Source of the DNA: Rhizodiscina lignyota
Taxonomy: Eukaryota
DNA length: 64,000 nt
NCBI GenBank assembly: GCA_010015805.1
Contig: ML978124.1
Coordinates: 1,860,001-1,924,000, forward strand
Direction of reading: 5' to 3'
Shown here: one piece after another, positions 1-13,855 of the stretch
How positions within the stretch are numbered: the stretch's first letter is position 1
Layout: every line of letters starts with the position of its first letter
Translations under genes and position numbers: made by a program
Notes under the pieces: model-generated
What the model saw: the letters and a program-made list of their open reading frames with translations, nothing else
What the model was told of the DNA's origin: nothing
Databases searched by the model: none

Positions 1-2460
1 CGGTCACCGATAAGCCTCTCAGCCAAGATGAGATCAAAAAGTACACGCAGTACTTCTACACGACGCTGTACTTGTGCCTCGGCATGATCTATCTCAAAGA
101 GAACCCCTTGCTTCGCGAGCCGCTCGAGACGAAGCATATCAAAACTCGTCTGCTCGGCCACTGGGGCAGTGATGCAGGCCAGAGCTTCACGTATATCCAC
201 TTCAATCGACTGATCAAGAAGTACGATCTCGATGCGATCTTTGTGTCCGGCCCGGGACATGGAGCACCCGCGGTACTGAGCAATGCGTACTTGGAGGGTA
301 CGTATAGCGAGGTGTACCCGAATATGGGCGAGGACGAGGAAGGTTTGAGGAGGTTCTTCCGCCAATTCTCGTTCCCGGGTGGCATTGGAAGCCATGCGAC
401 GCCTGAGACTCCAGGATCCCTGCACGAGGGAGGTGAGCTCGGATACAGTGTCTCTCACGCGTTCGGTACGGTCTTCGACCATCCCGATTTGATCACACTC
501 ACCATGGTCGGTGACGGCGAGTCCGAAACTGGTCCATTGGCTACTGCATGGCACGGCACCAAGTTCCTCAACCCTATCACTGACGGCGCGGTTTTGCCAG
601 TGCTCCACTTGAATGGATACAAGATAAACAACCCTACCGTATTAGCACGTATAACCAAGGAAGAGCTAGAAAGCCTGTTTATTGGATACGGATGGGAACC
701 ATACTTCGTTGAGGGTAGTGAGGTGGAGAGCATGCATCAAGCTATGGCTGGAACATTGGAGCAGTGCGTCGTCAAGATAAAGGAGTACCAGAAACAAGCA
801 AGAGATAGTGGCAAGGCATTCAGGCCAAGATGGCCAATGATTGTGCTGAGAACACCAAAGGGATGGACAGCGCCCAGGAAGCTTGACGGCAAGTATCTCG
901 AGGGATTCTGGAGGGCACATCAGGTCCCGATTACGGATGTCCACACAAACCCCGACCACCTTAAGATCCTCGAGAGCTGGATGAAGAGTTATGGCACAGA
1001 CAAGACTCTTGACAAGAGCGGCAAGCTCATTCCCGAGCTCCGAGCCCTTGCCCCCGATGGAAACCGACGAATGAGCGCGAACCCGATTACGAACGGCGGT
1101 TCTGTGCTGAAGAAGCTGCATGTACCTGACTTCAGAGACTATGCTATCCCGGTCACCAAGGGTGGGACGCTGGAGTATGCCAGCATGCAGAACTTCGCCA
1201 AGTTCCTGAGGGATATCGTTGGGAATAATATGAGCAACTTCCGTGTCTTCGGGCCCGACGAGACGCAGAGCAACAAGCTCGACACGATATACGAGGCTGG
1301 CAAGAAGATCTGGTTCGGAGAGTACTTCGAGGAGGATGCTGATGGCGGCAACCTGGCGTTCGATGGCCGAGTTATGGAGATGCTGAGCGAGCATACTGTT
1401 GAAGGGTGGCTGGAGGGCTACGTCCTCAGTGGACGACATGGAATGCTCAACTCATACGAGCCATTCATCCACATCATCGACAGCATGGTGAACCAACATC
1501 TGAAATGGTCGGTTATCCCTTCTCCTTCCCGTGCGGAGATACACTCAGCATTGTTTCCCAATTGTTCGCATCTTTACTAACGTGGACTATATGAATAGGC
1601 TTGAGAAGTGCATCGAGGTCGAATGGCGCCAAAAAATTGCATCACTCAACATCCTACTTACAGCGACCGTATGGCGCCAAGATCATAATGGATTTACACA
1701 TCAGGACCCAGGATTCTTGGACGTTATCTGCAACAAGAGTCCAGAGGTGACAAGAATCTACCTGCCTCCGGACGGCAATTCTCTGCTGAGCGTTATGGAC
1801 CACTGCTTCCGCAGCAAGAACTACGTCAACGTGATTGTCGCCGATAAGCAGAACCACTTGCAGTATATGGATATGGATCAAGCCATCGCGCACTGCACCA
1901 AAGGCGTGGGTATCTGGGACTGGGCGTCCAGCGACGACGATTTAGAACCAGACGTCGTTATGGCGTCCTGCGGCGACATGGCAACCCAAGAAGCACTTGC
2001 GGCGACCGCCCTGCTCCGCGAGTACCTGCCCGAAATGAGAATCCGCTTCGTCAACGTCGTGGACCTCTTCAAACTCATTCCCGACACCGAGCACCCACAC
2101 GGCTTGTCCGCTAAGGACTGGAAATCACTTTTCACGGAGGACAGGCCGTGCATCTTCAACTTCCACTCGTACCCGTGGCTCATCCACCGTCTGACGTACC
2201 ATCGCAAGGGCCAGCACAAGCTGCACGTGCGCGGATACCTTGAGAAGGGCAACATTGACACGCCGCTCGAGCTGGCGATCAGGAACCACACGGATCGTTT
2301 CAGTCTTGCGATCGCTGCGATCGATCAGGTCGCGTCGTATGGGAACCGTGGCGCGCATGCGAGGGAGACGTTCTTGAACAGGCAGATTTGGGCGAAGAAC
2401 TACGCGTATCACGAGGGTGTGGATCCAGAGGAGATCACGTCGTGGAAGTGGCCTTTCTAA
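1..2460 (+). CDS. xfp: Xylulose-5-phosphate/fructose-6-phosphate phosphoketolase, 5'-truncated by the window edge; intron 1508-1598
   Basis: Motifs LLGHWG, GPGHG, HEGGELGY, TPP-binding GDGESETGPL, FGPDETQSN, WRQDHNGFTHQDPG. GT..ctaac..AG intron rejoins LKW/LEK. Frame is open from base 3. Confidence 0.96.
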
Positions 2461-4194
2461 GCTTCAATCAAAGGGAAACAGGCGTAAAAGTGATTCGGAT
2501 GATGTAAGTGACAAGGACAGAAGGTGGCCTTTCTACACTTCAACCGTGGTAAACGGACGGTGCTTCTGCGAAACTCAAAAGGAAAATGAAACTCGAGTCT
2601 GGGTCGTAAAGGTGGGATACACCGTACGGCGAGGATAATAGAAGATAAGGACTTTTCATTTTTGGATTTTAGCTGGGATAGACACGATAATGAATTCAAT
2701 GACGTTCCTTCGGTCTTTTCGAGGTCATTCCGACGCCGGAAATCTATGCAACCATACTTCACCACATTGGCGATCAGTTTGCAACAGCAGTGATCATCAG
2801 CTTCGCAGACACCACAGCGCATCTGCATTTCCACCTATCAGAACCAGGATCTATATCCATCTTGCTTTGCCGAAATCCTCCCACGTGCTCCGGCTTTTTT
2901 CAAGGCATTCGACTCTACATATCGGTGCCCTGGGATGGCCAAATTCGATATGCTCAGACAAGGATCAAGCACAGCCCATCGGCATAGCGTCCTTTGTTGC
3001 TCGCCAAGCGACAGTCAAGAAACAAGAGAAAGAACACGTTTGATTTTTGAGCCTCCACGTCTGAGGGGCGACGGCGGCCTTCTTCTAAGGGCAGCTCCAA
3101 GGCATTGGCAGAGCGAACACGAAGAATATCCCACGATGCAAATTACGACGTTGCACCGAGCCACGGCACTCGAGCCAAGCTGCACACCCAAGGCTTACCC
3201 ATCATCACCCTTTCCCACCCGCTCGCCTTACTCTCACGGCACTCCGTGAACACGGGATTCGCGTGGTGTGTGAGTGGTCACCTGTCGGGGCGAGACTGCG
3301 TGCAAGCTGGAGTGCCGACGGACACCGCCGGGAGCGGCGATGCCCCGTGTGGCAAGTGATCTGAGTTCAGGCACGAAAAATTTCCTTCTAGAATCCTTCT
3401 AGCGCCGATCGCTGCACCCAACGCCTTCTTCACCCTGTCACCATCGATTGGTGGAGGCGTGGCAGCGGCTAAGAAAGCAAGTCCTCATGCAACGTGTTGC
3501 GCATCTGCCGTTCTGGAAGGACTTTGCGGGCGATGCAAGGCCAGCGTTCTATTGTTCCCTTATTCCCTTGCGCTGCGGAAGACCCTGCGCCGAAGGAGTC
3601 GTGGAAATGCGTTGAGAGAGCTGCGACGCCACTGCAGCTCCTGCTCTCTGCCTCGCGACAGCCCTGCCCTCAGACGCCCTGCCATCCAGTGCCAGGAGGC
3701 TTGATTCTGGCCAAGCGCCCGCTGACTCGCCCGCTGCGAACCCGCCGACCTGGCCCGGTATTCGGACCGCCCTTGATCTGGTGAGAATGCCGTCCACCCA
3801 AGGCGCCCGCGTTTGCCATCATCCCGCCGTGCATTTGCAGCCGCCATCCATGACGAGCGTGCGCTTTGACTGCGCTCGGGTCAAATGTTGGCGATTCATG
3901 AGTGCCCAAGTGGGGCGCTAAGGACGGGTGAGCGAGAGCGAAACGGGCAGGCATTCGCTCGCTCTTCTGCTGCTCGCCAGGATTCATACTGCCTCAAAGT
4001 CCCAGCTCTTATTTGACAGGGTAGTCGTCTACTTGTCTCTGCCCTATTGCTGCTCTCACTTTTCAGGCCACCAGCCTTATACCCGGAGCCTTGTACATAC
4101 GTATTTCTAGCCTCGAGCCCCAACTTTAATCACTCCACATTCACTCCATCGCTCTCTCCACCTCCAACCATACATACATATACAGGAGAACAGA

Positions 4195-4899
4195 ATGGCG
4201 CTCTTCGAAGCGTTCTCCTTCTCGCCCTCAGAACGACACCCATCCTCTCTGTCCCATCACATCCTCCAAGTATCACCAATGTCGACACCTACCTCCGCCT
4301 ACGAACCCGTACCCGCCTCGCGTCGACATTCGCTAGCAATCTCAGAACTGTCGCACAAATTCTCAGAACAGAATATCTCCAAACCTCCATCATCAATTCC
4401 TCCGCCGTCCTACTTCGATATTCCCGTCTCTCCAAGCGCCGCGCCAGCCGTTCGGCAATCATCGCCACCACGGGACCGCTCGTGGTCTCCACCATTGGGC
4501 GGTGGGTATAGACGGCTAAGCGCTGCTGCGATACGAGCGCAACGGCAGGCAAACATCAGATTATTGTCCGACCAGTCCCATCTCCGAGAGTTGTCCGCGT
4601 TGGTCGAACAGATGGTCGACTCCGGATCACAATGTCGCGTCTGCACATCCACTTCCTCTTCCACCGCGACTTCGCCTACCTTGTCTACTGCTACGTCGTT
4701 GCCACAGAGCCCCATTGATGAGGGCATTGACGAGATGGAGTGCGCGGAAGGCGAGGATGAAGACTACCCGTCGAGGTCTCTGAACTTCAGACGAAGCGGA
4801 GACGTCGCCGCTATGGCTGCACCTGGCGCAGCGGCTGCTGCGTGCGTAAGGAAGGATGTGAGAGTGAGAAAGCAGCGACGGTACCGGAGCTCGAGGTGA
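4195..4899 (+). CDS. Hypothetical Ser/Pro-rich fungal protein (234 aa)
   Basis: Single ATG ORF after a CT-rich leader. RAQRQANIRL..SHLRELSALVEQMV..CRVC segment and basic C-terminus resemble conserved fungal hypotheticals. Confidence 0.7.
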   Translation: MALFEAFSFSPSERHPSSLSHHILQVSPMSTPTSAYEPVPASRRHSLAISELSHKFSEQNISKPPSSIPPPSYFDIPVSPSAAPAVRQSSPPRDRSWSPPLGGGYRRLSAAAIRAQRQANIRLLSDQSHLRELSALVEQMVDSGSQCRVCTSTSSSTATSPTLSTATSLPQSPIDEGIDEMECAEGEDEDYPSRSLNFRRSGDVAAMAAPGAAAAACVRKDVRVRKQRRYRSSR

Positions 4900-5396
4900 T
4901 GATGCGGTGTGAATAGCCATTTCGGCTCTGCATTGGGAAGGCGCACAATTGATTTATCTGTTTACCAAAGCATAGCATGCGGGAAGGGAATTGCATGAAC
5001 TTATGGCATGAGCGGAATAGACGGATTGGACTATAAAATGCCGCTGCCAGGAGGTTATCCTAATGGAGCCTGATGGAGCTAATTCATTGTATTGGTACGA
5101 AGTGGCGTTTCGACGCAAGAGTCCAGCGCAAAATGGACAATATGAATGTTCAATTGAATAGATTTCAAATCCAAATTCGTCTTCAATTGGCCCCAACTCG
5201 CAGCGTCGAGAGATGCAGATGCAGTTCCAGTCCCTGTGCCAAGAATAGACGATCGGCCATGCAGGAGTCGCACCAAGCTTTTCGGTCTCGCTTTCGAGCT
5301 GCACAATCTTGCCGTCTCGTCTCATCCATCTCGACAAGAGGCTTCAGATCGCAATTCTAGTAAGCACATGCTAGAATGCCTCGATAACAGCCCTTA

Positions 5397-6653
5397 ATGG
5401 CCTCCGCTCGCGCCGCACTCGCGAAAAGCGTTGTAGCGAAGGCCACTCACGTCCGCATCTACCCTCCGCCGGCGGACCTGGGGGAGAGCAGGGAGATATT
5501 GAAGGTGCTGCAGAGGTATGGAGAGGTGGTTACGTATAAGAATCTGAAAGTAGGTATACTTGGTTTTCTACATTGCATCATAATCTTTCTCGTTGTTGAG
5601 CCCTTCGGCTCGTTTGATGCGCACGAGGACCGTCTCGCAATAAAATATGGACGTTAGCTTCAAGATGCTAATACCAGGCTGGCAACGCAGTATGAATTCA
5701 ACAACCCTTCCCCGAATTCCTCCTTAGCGATATTCCGCGACCAAGAGTCAGTGGATAGGCTCATCAGCGAGTCTCCGCTGCGCTTTGCACTTGAACCCGT
5801 CGAAGATGACTCGAAGCCTCCATCGAGGACACCTCTTACAGACCTATACAACAAGCTCGAAGCTGAGGACGCCAGCAAGAGACCGGAGAGGACACAGAGA
5901 GGCTGGCAGGTGAGCGAGTCGAAAGACCCGTTCGCACAGTCACTGGCACGCGAGACGGAAGACTCAATGGATCCCGCCGCCGAACCAGATTCCGATACTA
6001 CCTCCTACACTCCTTCTCCCGCCGCCGACAACTTCTACCCTGAATCAGACCCAGAAGAATATTCCACCGAGCCCCAGTCTTCGACGAAAGACTCTCGTGG
6101 CCCTCGCCATTTCCTCCTCCACGCGCAGCCCTGGGTGGGCATCGGTTTCGCGCACTACCTCGCTCGCACGCCGTATTGCGGGCCCTTCGGCATCGACACC
6201 AAGAGCGTCGCGCAGCAGGACCTAATCGATAAGGTTCCCCTACCGGGTCTCAGCGTAGTCAGCCTGAAGCAACCATCGCCGTTTGAGAGGATAGTCGCGA
6301 AGCAGGCGATGGCACTGAAGGCGCGCAGGACGTTGAGGGAAATTGCGGAGGGCAGAGATGAAGATGGGTTGGCAGCGAGGGGGAAGATGGATGATCTTAG
6401 CCAGTTCGATGTCAGAGGGATCATGGTGTCTCCGAAGGACGGGCGGAGTGGGCACATCTCGATTGAAGAGTCGAGGAGGAGGGCGCGGACGGCCGCGACA
6501 GATATTGGGATTGATGATTGGGATACAGATGTACGTGGAGCTGGCGGAGGCGATGAGGATGGATGGGGCAGGGCGAAGAATGATACGAGAGTGGGTGCTG
6601 ACGATGGATGGGGCCACGAGCCGAGGAAATACTCGTTAAAACCACGAAGATAA
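5397..6653 (+). CDS. Conserved hypothetical fungal protein; exons 5397-5549 and 5691-6653
   Basis: HVRIYPPPADLGESREILKVLQRYGEV N-terminal block; GTAGGT..gctaat..CAG intron joins in frame to the 300-aa ORF. Confidence 0.75.
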
Positions 6654-7220
6654 CAACCTGGAATAAGCGTTCTCGGAGAATACAAGGATAGTCACGACTG
6701 TGGGAAATAGTGTCGAGTACACGACTCCCTAAACACTTCCTCAAATACTGCCTTCAATACCTCTAGACACACTTTCATCACGCGGCAAGCACACCTTTAA
6801 ATACTCTTTAAACACATCGTAAACACGCCTCTCTTAATATCCCGCACACACTCCTCTAACACACTCTCTGTTCGTCTGTACTAACACAACCCAGACTAGA
6901 GAAACTCCACTATTGAATTGCATAGTACGATTCGGTGTGCCTGGCTTCGCACGATCTGCCCCCTGAACGCGCGAGCTTTGGAAGGTTCAGTCGATTGGAC
7001 TTGTTCTGAAGCGGCATGAGCTTGCTCGAAGCAATGGCAATCTTTGACCAGTAGTGTGGTAATTTCATTGCATTTGAAAGCAATCTGCCTACGAAACGCT
7101 TGACTGGATTGAAAGGGACCTCCGAATAATAACAGAAGATGCATGTACGAAATGTTGCAAGATAGCCCAATACGCCTCATATCGGTTCAATACCGCTCCA
7201 TGCACGGATATCAATTCCCA

Positions 7221-7879
7221 TTATTTGGATCCCTCACACCATGCTTTCAAATCTTGATTGTACCTCTCCCAGCCGTTCTTGGTTTTTGCCTGAAATCCAA
7301 TCTGACGCGCGACAAAACTGTCGCCCATCATGAATGACAGCGCGCCCGTAAACTTCTCCTCCTGGTAGAAAGTCGTTCCACCTGGAGTCGTCGTACTTGG
7401 AGTAAAGCGGAAGGTATGCTCGCCGCTGAAGATCAAAGGTACGCTGCCGATCCATCGGAATTCGGTTGGAGAATTTGCCTGTTGAATGTATCAGACTTAG
7501 GTGATTCTATTGAAGTAGTGATGAAAGGTTAAAGGCAAAGGGCGAAGAGGTGAACGTACAAGGCACGTTGCGGTGCTGCCGCCGAATTCGAAGACAATGT
7601 CGACTTTGTCGCCGGCCTCGAAGGGTTTGTCCGGAATGGTTGGCTTAATGGACCTGAAGAAACCATTCGGGTGGTAGTTTGGTAATTGGGAGAAGTCCAA
7701 GAACTAAAAAATAGTCAGCCATGTAACGCTGGAGAGGGTCGTATCCTGGATATCGAGCTGCATGAAGAAATGTGAATTGCTTGGAGGGGTTTGAGAATGC
7801 CGCGAATACAAGTTCTTACCTTCTCCCTCACCTCTGTAGGAGAAGCTGAGATTTCAATGCTTTTATCGAGCACGTACAT
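7221..7879 (-). CDS. SRPBCC/polyketide cyclase-dehydrase-like protein; exons 7879-7820, 7703-7560, 7478-7221
   Basis: Spliced product MYVLDKSIEISASPTEVREKFLDFSQLP..NSPTEFRWIGS..FSGEHTFRF..TTFYQEEKFTG..YNQDLKAWCE, a typical START/SRPBCC pattern; two GT-AG introns keep frame. Confidence 0.82.
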
Positions 7880-8423
7880 GCTGAGGAAAAGGCAAAGGAC
7901 GAGTCCGTTTTAGAAGAGAGTAGAGCTTGGTATATGTATCACGTGATAAGGTGTACGGACGAGGTTATGTCGAAGGGTTGAGACAATGAGCTAAAAGCAG
8001 TAGAGGAATAGTAGAACGATGATATTGAGTATATATGTATGGGTTTGAGAATGAAGGATTAGGCATCTTGAAGATGTCCGGCCCTCATATCGGTTACGGT
8101 GTCCATCTTAGCGTGTGTGCTGGTGGCTTGATTGAGTTACATAGCTATTGACGATGCGGTCTCCACAAGGGAAAGACAAGGTTACTCGCATATTAAGCCT
8201 CCCGAAGTCGGTGGTGTAGTATTTAATGCAGCTTCGAGTGTTGCAGTTTTCAAAAAACGACAAGGTTACTCGTGCATTGAGCCGCAAGAGGTATAGCGTG
8301 AATCTTAATAGCGTCTTGGGTGCATCCAAACGAACGACAGGAACGACCGGCACCACCAGATTCGAGCAAAGTGGTCATACCCCATGCTTATTAACAACTC
8401 TCAAAGCTAGTACTCATGTGGAC

Positions 8424-9957
8424 ATGGTGAATATTGGTGGGAGGTCGAAAGGCTGCTCTACTTGTCGCCGAAGGCGAGTCAAATGCGGTAAGCCTTATGC
8501 TTCGACAGAACGCGAAAACCTGAACTAAACTTTCCTCAGACGAGAACCGTCCCATATGTAGGCGGTGCGAAAGATGGGGTTTTGATTGCGATGGACCCAA
8601 AGACATCACTTTCGTCGAAGGGACGATTCTGAAGTCCAGAAGGACTGATAAAGGAGCGACTGTATCACCAAGGTATAACGCTGTAGATACGCATCCTACT
8701 GTTCGACAGATCCCACTTTCTCCTTCATTGAGGGGTTTTGAGTTCGAGATCTCCATCTGCTATGCTCGAAGACGTCTGCGCCCTGGTGGTCCTGTTGACC
8801 TAGCGTTGCAGGAGATTCAGCCTAGCGACATGAGAACAGCCGGAACGACCACAGCAAATGGCCAAATCTTCCCTCATGCTATTCTCGGCTTAGCTACTAT
8901 TTTCTTCGGTACTCAACACAGACAAGGGCATATTTCCGACCACGGGTACGCCATTCATGGGGTGGCACTGAAGCAGCTTAATCAAGCACTATCAGATCCA
9001 AAGTATTGTAACAGTGACGAAGTCATGCTCTCTGTTGTAACTTTGGCTATGTTAGAGTCCTTGGTGCCCAGCGGTTCAAAGAACTACTTGAAACATATGA
9101 TTGGACTGGAAAGACTACTCGGGCTTCGCGACCCCAGCTCATATTGCGCTCCGAAGACAGCTGAACTGTACAAGAACATGCGCCCCATGATTCTTTTGGC
9201 TTCGTTACGCACGAGGAGACCATCGATTCTAGCAACAACAGAATGGAAGAGAGTGTTGAGGGCGAACTGCTCCGATGAAGAGATGCAGGAACAGGACTTA
9301 TTTGATGTCTTGGCAGACTGTACGGTCTTGATCGCGGAGGGTGATAGTTTGTTTGCGAATTGCGACTTGAATTTTGAGGGGGCTAAGCACCAGCAAGACG
9401 AACTGAAGCAACGGGCGCTAAATCTGCTGACTTACCTTGGACATTGGAAAAGGCGATGGGGTGGTGATAAAATAAATGCTTACTCCGAAACTTCTGCAGT
9501 TTCTAAGGGATACGCGTCGCCACCTTTTCTCACGATGTATGAGTTCCGGAACGAGTCCACAGCGATCATGTTAATGCTTTACAACACGACACTCATCTAT
9601 GTTCTCAAGATCCTCGCCTCCTTTCCATCCGAAGCCCCACGCTTTCGCTCCAGCCAGAGGCGCATGCAAAACGTACTGCAGGATGCAGGATATCTGGATG
9701 ATCCCTGGAAACACACCAAAGACGAATATGTTGCTGCGGAGCGGTTAGCCGCCTTAGAAGTCTGTCGCTGTCTTCCAGACTACCTAATTCGAAAGTCGCG
9801 TTTGAATTCAGAATACTCTCCACCAGTCGTCCACTGGGCTGTCACAACCGCCTGGATGACGCTTTTGGGCAACGAGTCCGCTGAGGGAAGATGGATGACG
9901 AACCTACTAAACATGAAAAGTAAAGAGTTGATTGCTAAAGGTACATGGGAAGCCTGA
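8424..9957 (+). CDS. Zn(II)2Cys6 transcription factor; intron 8488-8539
   Basis: GCSTCRRRRVKC/DENRPICRRCERWGFDC binuclear cluster; the spliced exon is in frame with the 409-aa ORF carrying a fungal TF C-terminal domain. Confidence 0.9.
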
Positions 9958-11268
9958 GAGCGCTTAGACATAGATTATGAGAGAACTTGTAGAATTTGGA
10001 ATCCACAAGCCGGAGGCGGCCGCAGATAATGATCAACTGATACCTCTGTCTAAAACCTACGCAGTGCGCGTTTGCGTAATCCAATTAGGAAAACGCGCAG
10101 AATGCAAGACCTCAGAATGTGAGATGTGGATGCCAACTCCGCCGAGTTTTTGTACGGAGTTGATGCGCATAATATATGCTAAGGAATATGACGACCCACA
10201 GGCAAGCAGCCAATCAGAAGCGTCAACGTCGAGAGCCGCCTCTGCAGCCACGTGCTTACGCGCTGACCGGGATTCGGATCTCTCCGGAACCCACCAAGCC
10301 CACGCGTCATTGATTTTTCTGTCTCACGTACATAACATTATCTTTTACGCTCCTTCGTACTTCGGACATTCGGTCTTTCCACTAAGGTAGACGTGATATG
10401 TTTAGGCATCATGGCGCATCACGTTCTTATCGCCATGCAAAACTCCGAGACCGTTTGTCATTTGAAGTCATCAAAAGGCGTACATCTTGGTCCGCATTTG
10501 TCCATCCGTAGCCTTTGTGCTCGGCGACTGTCTTGGGGGAATCTACACGACCAAACATTGCTTTCGATCGTATTGGGCTATGGTACCCTTGCAGATTCGT
10601 CCGACTGTCGGTGTGATCACAAACCGATCATCGACTGCGCTGTAAGGGCTAGGCGGTATAACCAATGAAGCTCAGTATGATGTTCAGCCCTAGACTCAGG
10701 CCTCTCGTTATCTAAGATCGCAAAGTAGTAGATCCGCCATTCGGATCTAGAATATCCTTTCCAGCCTGGCATGATGCAAAAGGCTTTCAGTATTAGGCCT
10801 CCCGAGCACCCACATTTGCCATTGGCCAGCTCGACTGTCTCGCCAGTACTCCGTACCATAATCGGATTACCAAAGTCGGATGGTCTTTTCTCCCGAGTAG
10901 ACTGTTGACTCACCGACTACTGAAGCCTCTAGCCGAGATCTACACTCTGGAGGAAATGTGGAGACTAAGACACGAGAAATGCGTCGGTGTTTCTGCGACT
11001 CAACTTCCACGGTAGGTATTCGGAGCGAGCGGAGTACGAACGAACCCTTCGGGAACGCTGTGGCTGACCCGAGCCCGAGTCTGACTTTTTCTTGGTAAAG
11101 TTCTTGGAGAATAGATCATAGATATTATATCTATGCCCTGCTCGTTGATTATTTTTCGCGTTCGTGTCTTGTAAGCTTTACTTTTAAGCTTGTATTCTTC
11201 AGCTTTCGTTTGGTTGCAAGTGAGACATTCTGCACATTTTCGCAGTCAGTCTTACCCACGATTTCAAC

Positions 11269-13262
11269 ATGACTATAGCAGAAGTAATGCGGGACGCTCC
11301 GGCGGGCCAATTAGCACGATTGTACCTGGGACTCAAAATCGCACCATACGTGGACGAGCTAGAAAGTTTTGCGCTGTCGCTGCCACAATCTCAAGAAGAC
11401 GTTGCAGTAGAAGGTGCTGCAAACGAAGACGTACCTGAACCGCAAGCCGACCGCGACGTCGAAAAGGATAATGCGTCAGATCAAGATCCATCTGATAAGG
11501 ACGTTGAACGCAATGCCGGCGGCGAACCACTGCAAACGCGGCAATCAGCGCAACCTCAGCCAAAGGCCCCGAAGCCCGATCCCAATACAGTTGGATGGGC
11601 CGGAGAAACAGATCGCGACAACCCTCAAAACTGGTCAACAGTAAAGAAGACATTGGTCTTCTCTCAGATATGTCTTTTGACTTTTGCCAGTCAGTATGAT
11701 TCCGCCTAAAGCGAGCGCCAGAAGCTGACGATACTCCAAACTTGCAGTCTACAGTGCCTCGGCCATTATAACCCCTGCTGAAGGCACTTTCGAGGAGATT
11801 TACGGTGTTACAGCTGAGGTATCCGCGCTCGTGCTTTCTATGTACGTGCTCGGCTATGTAAGTCTATGCAATTCTGATCTAAAAGCCCATTTTCTAACAA
11901 TTCGCAGGGATTGGGACCGTTGATCTTTAGTCCAATGTCCGAGATGCCAATGGTTGGCCGCAATGTTGCCTACATGTCGTCGTTCTTTATATTCATCGTC
12001 ATGACCGCTGTAGGATCCCGGGTATCAAATTTCCCTGGCTTTGTTGTTGTTCGGTTCATCCAAGGATTTTTCGGAGGCCCTGTGCTAGCGACCGGCGCAG
12101 CCTCAGCCCAGGACATATTTCCATTCAACAAAGTCCCATATGCTCTGTCCTGCTGGGCATTCTTTGCGTACGGAGGTGTGTGAAAAAAATGCGTTCACAG
12201 TGTAACTCTGGAGAAAATACTTACTTCTTGACAGGTCCCGCGCTAGGTCCTTTGGTCTCTGGCTTCGCGGTCACATTGAGCACGTGGCGCTGGGCGATGT
12301 ACGAGACGCTCATACTATCCGGCTTCACCTTCATCGTTCTATTCTTCTTCCTGCCAGAGACGAATGCCGATTACATTCTATCGCAACGTGCGGCGCGTCT
12401 TCGTGCAAAAACAGGAGATAGCAATCTTCTTTCCCGAACAGAGAGCCATGCAGGAAGCAAAAATTGGGTTAAGCTCACAGTATATCACTTGACCATGCCA
12501 TTCAAGATCACCATATTGGATCCATCAATTCTGTTTATCAATCTCTACACTGCGCTTGTGTACGGCATTTACGTGAGTAGCTCCGTGGAACATCTAAGAC
12601 ATGAACTAATGAACTCTCTTGCAGTACTCATTCTTTGAATCCTTCCCGATTGTCTATCTTGGAATATACGGCTTCTCCATTGGCATAATGGGCGTAGTCT
12701 TCCTCTGCGTCATCATCGGTGCCGGGTTTGGAGTCATTGTCTACACGCTACTGGTTTGGTTCATCTACGAACCGTACACTCTCACAAATGGCATCGGTAA
12801 ACCCGAATATCGCCTTGTCCCCGGAATCTTCGCCGCTGCACTAGGCCCTGCTGGCATGTTCATCTTTGGGTATGCAGCAAAGTCTGATATTACGTGGGTT
12901 GCGCCAACAGTCGGCATTGCGCTGTACGCCGCTACCTCCTTTGTGGTGAGTTCATCTGCCAAAGTGGATTTTGCGGTACATGACACTAAAGCTTTCTGCA
13001 GCTGGTGAATGTTATCTTCATCTACCTTCCTATCAGCTATCCCCGTTACGCAGCGAGTGTCTTCGCGGCAAATGGCTTTTTCCGAAGCGCGATCGCTTGC
13101 GGCGCAATCCACTTTTCTCAGCCCCTTTTCAACAATCTCGGTGTCGGCAATGGATGCGCCATCTTGGGGAGCCTGGCTGCTGCTTGCGCCTTCGGCTTTC
13201 TCGCGCTATGGCGCTATGGACCGGCGCTGAGAGCCAGGAGCAAGTTCGCAGAAACTTACTGA
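11269..13262 (+). CDS. MFS multidrug transporter (DHA1 family, Flr1/Caf5-like), multi-exon
   Basis: WAGETDRDNPQNWS, GPLIFSPMSE..GRN, RFIQGFFGGP, GPALGP, LPET, PEYRL, YPRYAASVFAAN, YGPALRARSKFA; five GT-AG introns visible. Confidence 0.92.
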
Positions 13263-13855
13263 ACTTGGCCTGACACGTCACACATTGTCTCTCAACTAGT
13301 GGAGAAGCGGTCTGCATGATACACACATATACCCACAATTTCATCATTTAATAACAAAAGGAGTAACCAAAGCCCTGGCGATTAATATGGAGTGCTGACG
13401 TTCGAATCCGACCTGACTTTGCGATGGCGGTGTTTACCATCGTCCGAGCACTAGCTCGATTCGGCTGAAATCAAGTGATTTCAAGGATATCTTCCAGGAT
13501 TGGATGGCCATGGTTTCTCGGCCCACGGAAGTAATATCAAAGACGATCGACTCGGAACCTGGGTGGCTTATTACAGGGTGTGGCCGCTCGGATGCGGTGC
13601 TATAGCGCGGCGTGTCTCAGGGCACAATTTCTCGCGTGAGAGCTAAATGGGCCGAGTCCGTTCTCGGCACATTGTCTGGCGGAGCTTGACGCTCAATACT
13701 TCTTTTCTAGAGGGGGAAATGGATTATAATTTTTCAAATACTATGTATAAGCTATACTTTTGTAATGTTAATTTTAGAGGCTCGGAAAGAACCGAATTAG
13801 AGAACGTAATAATAGGCCGGCGGGCTGAGATACCCCTCAAGGACATCTATCGCTA

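Noticed and set aside
666..1439. Long antisense ORFs (also 54600-55367, 55764-56432, 30893-31339, 50478-50972)
   Set aside because: Shadows of strongly codon-biased genes on the opposite strand.
2460..4190. Many 60-125-aa ORFs in GC-rich intergenic DNA
   Set aside because: No family motifs, overlapping in all frames; more likely promoter or leader of the 4195 gene.
6720..6880. Degenerate AAACAC/CTCT-rich tract
   Set aside because: Low complexity with no stable period.
7175..8095. 13-bp direct repeat CCTCATATCGGTT flanking the SRPBCC gene (possible target-site duplication)
   Set aside because: No terminal repeats or transposase; a 13-mer match at this spacing is plausible by chance in 64 kb.
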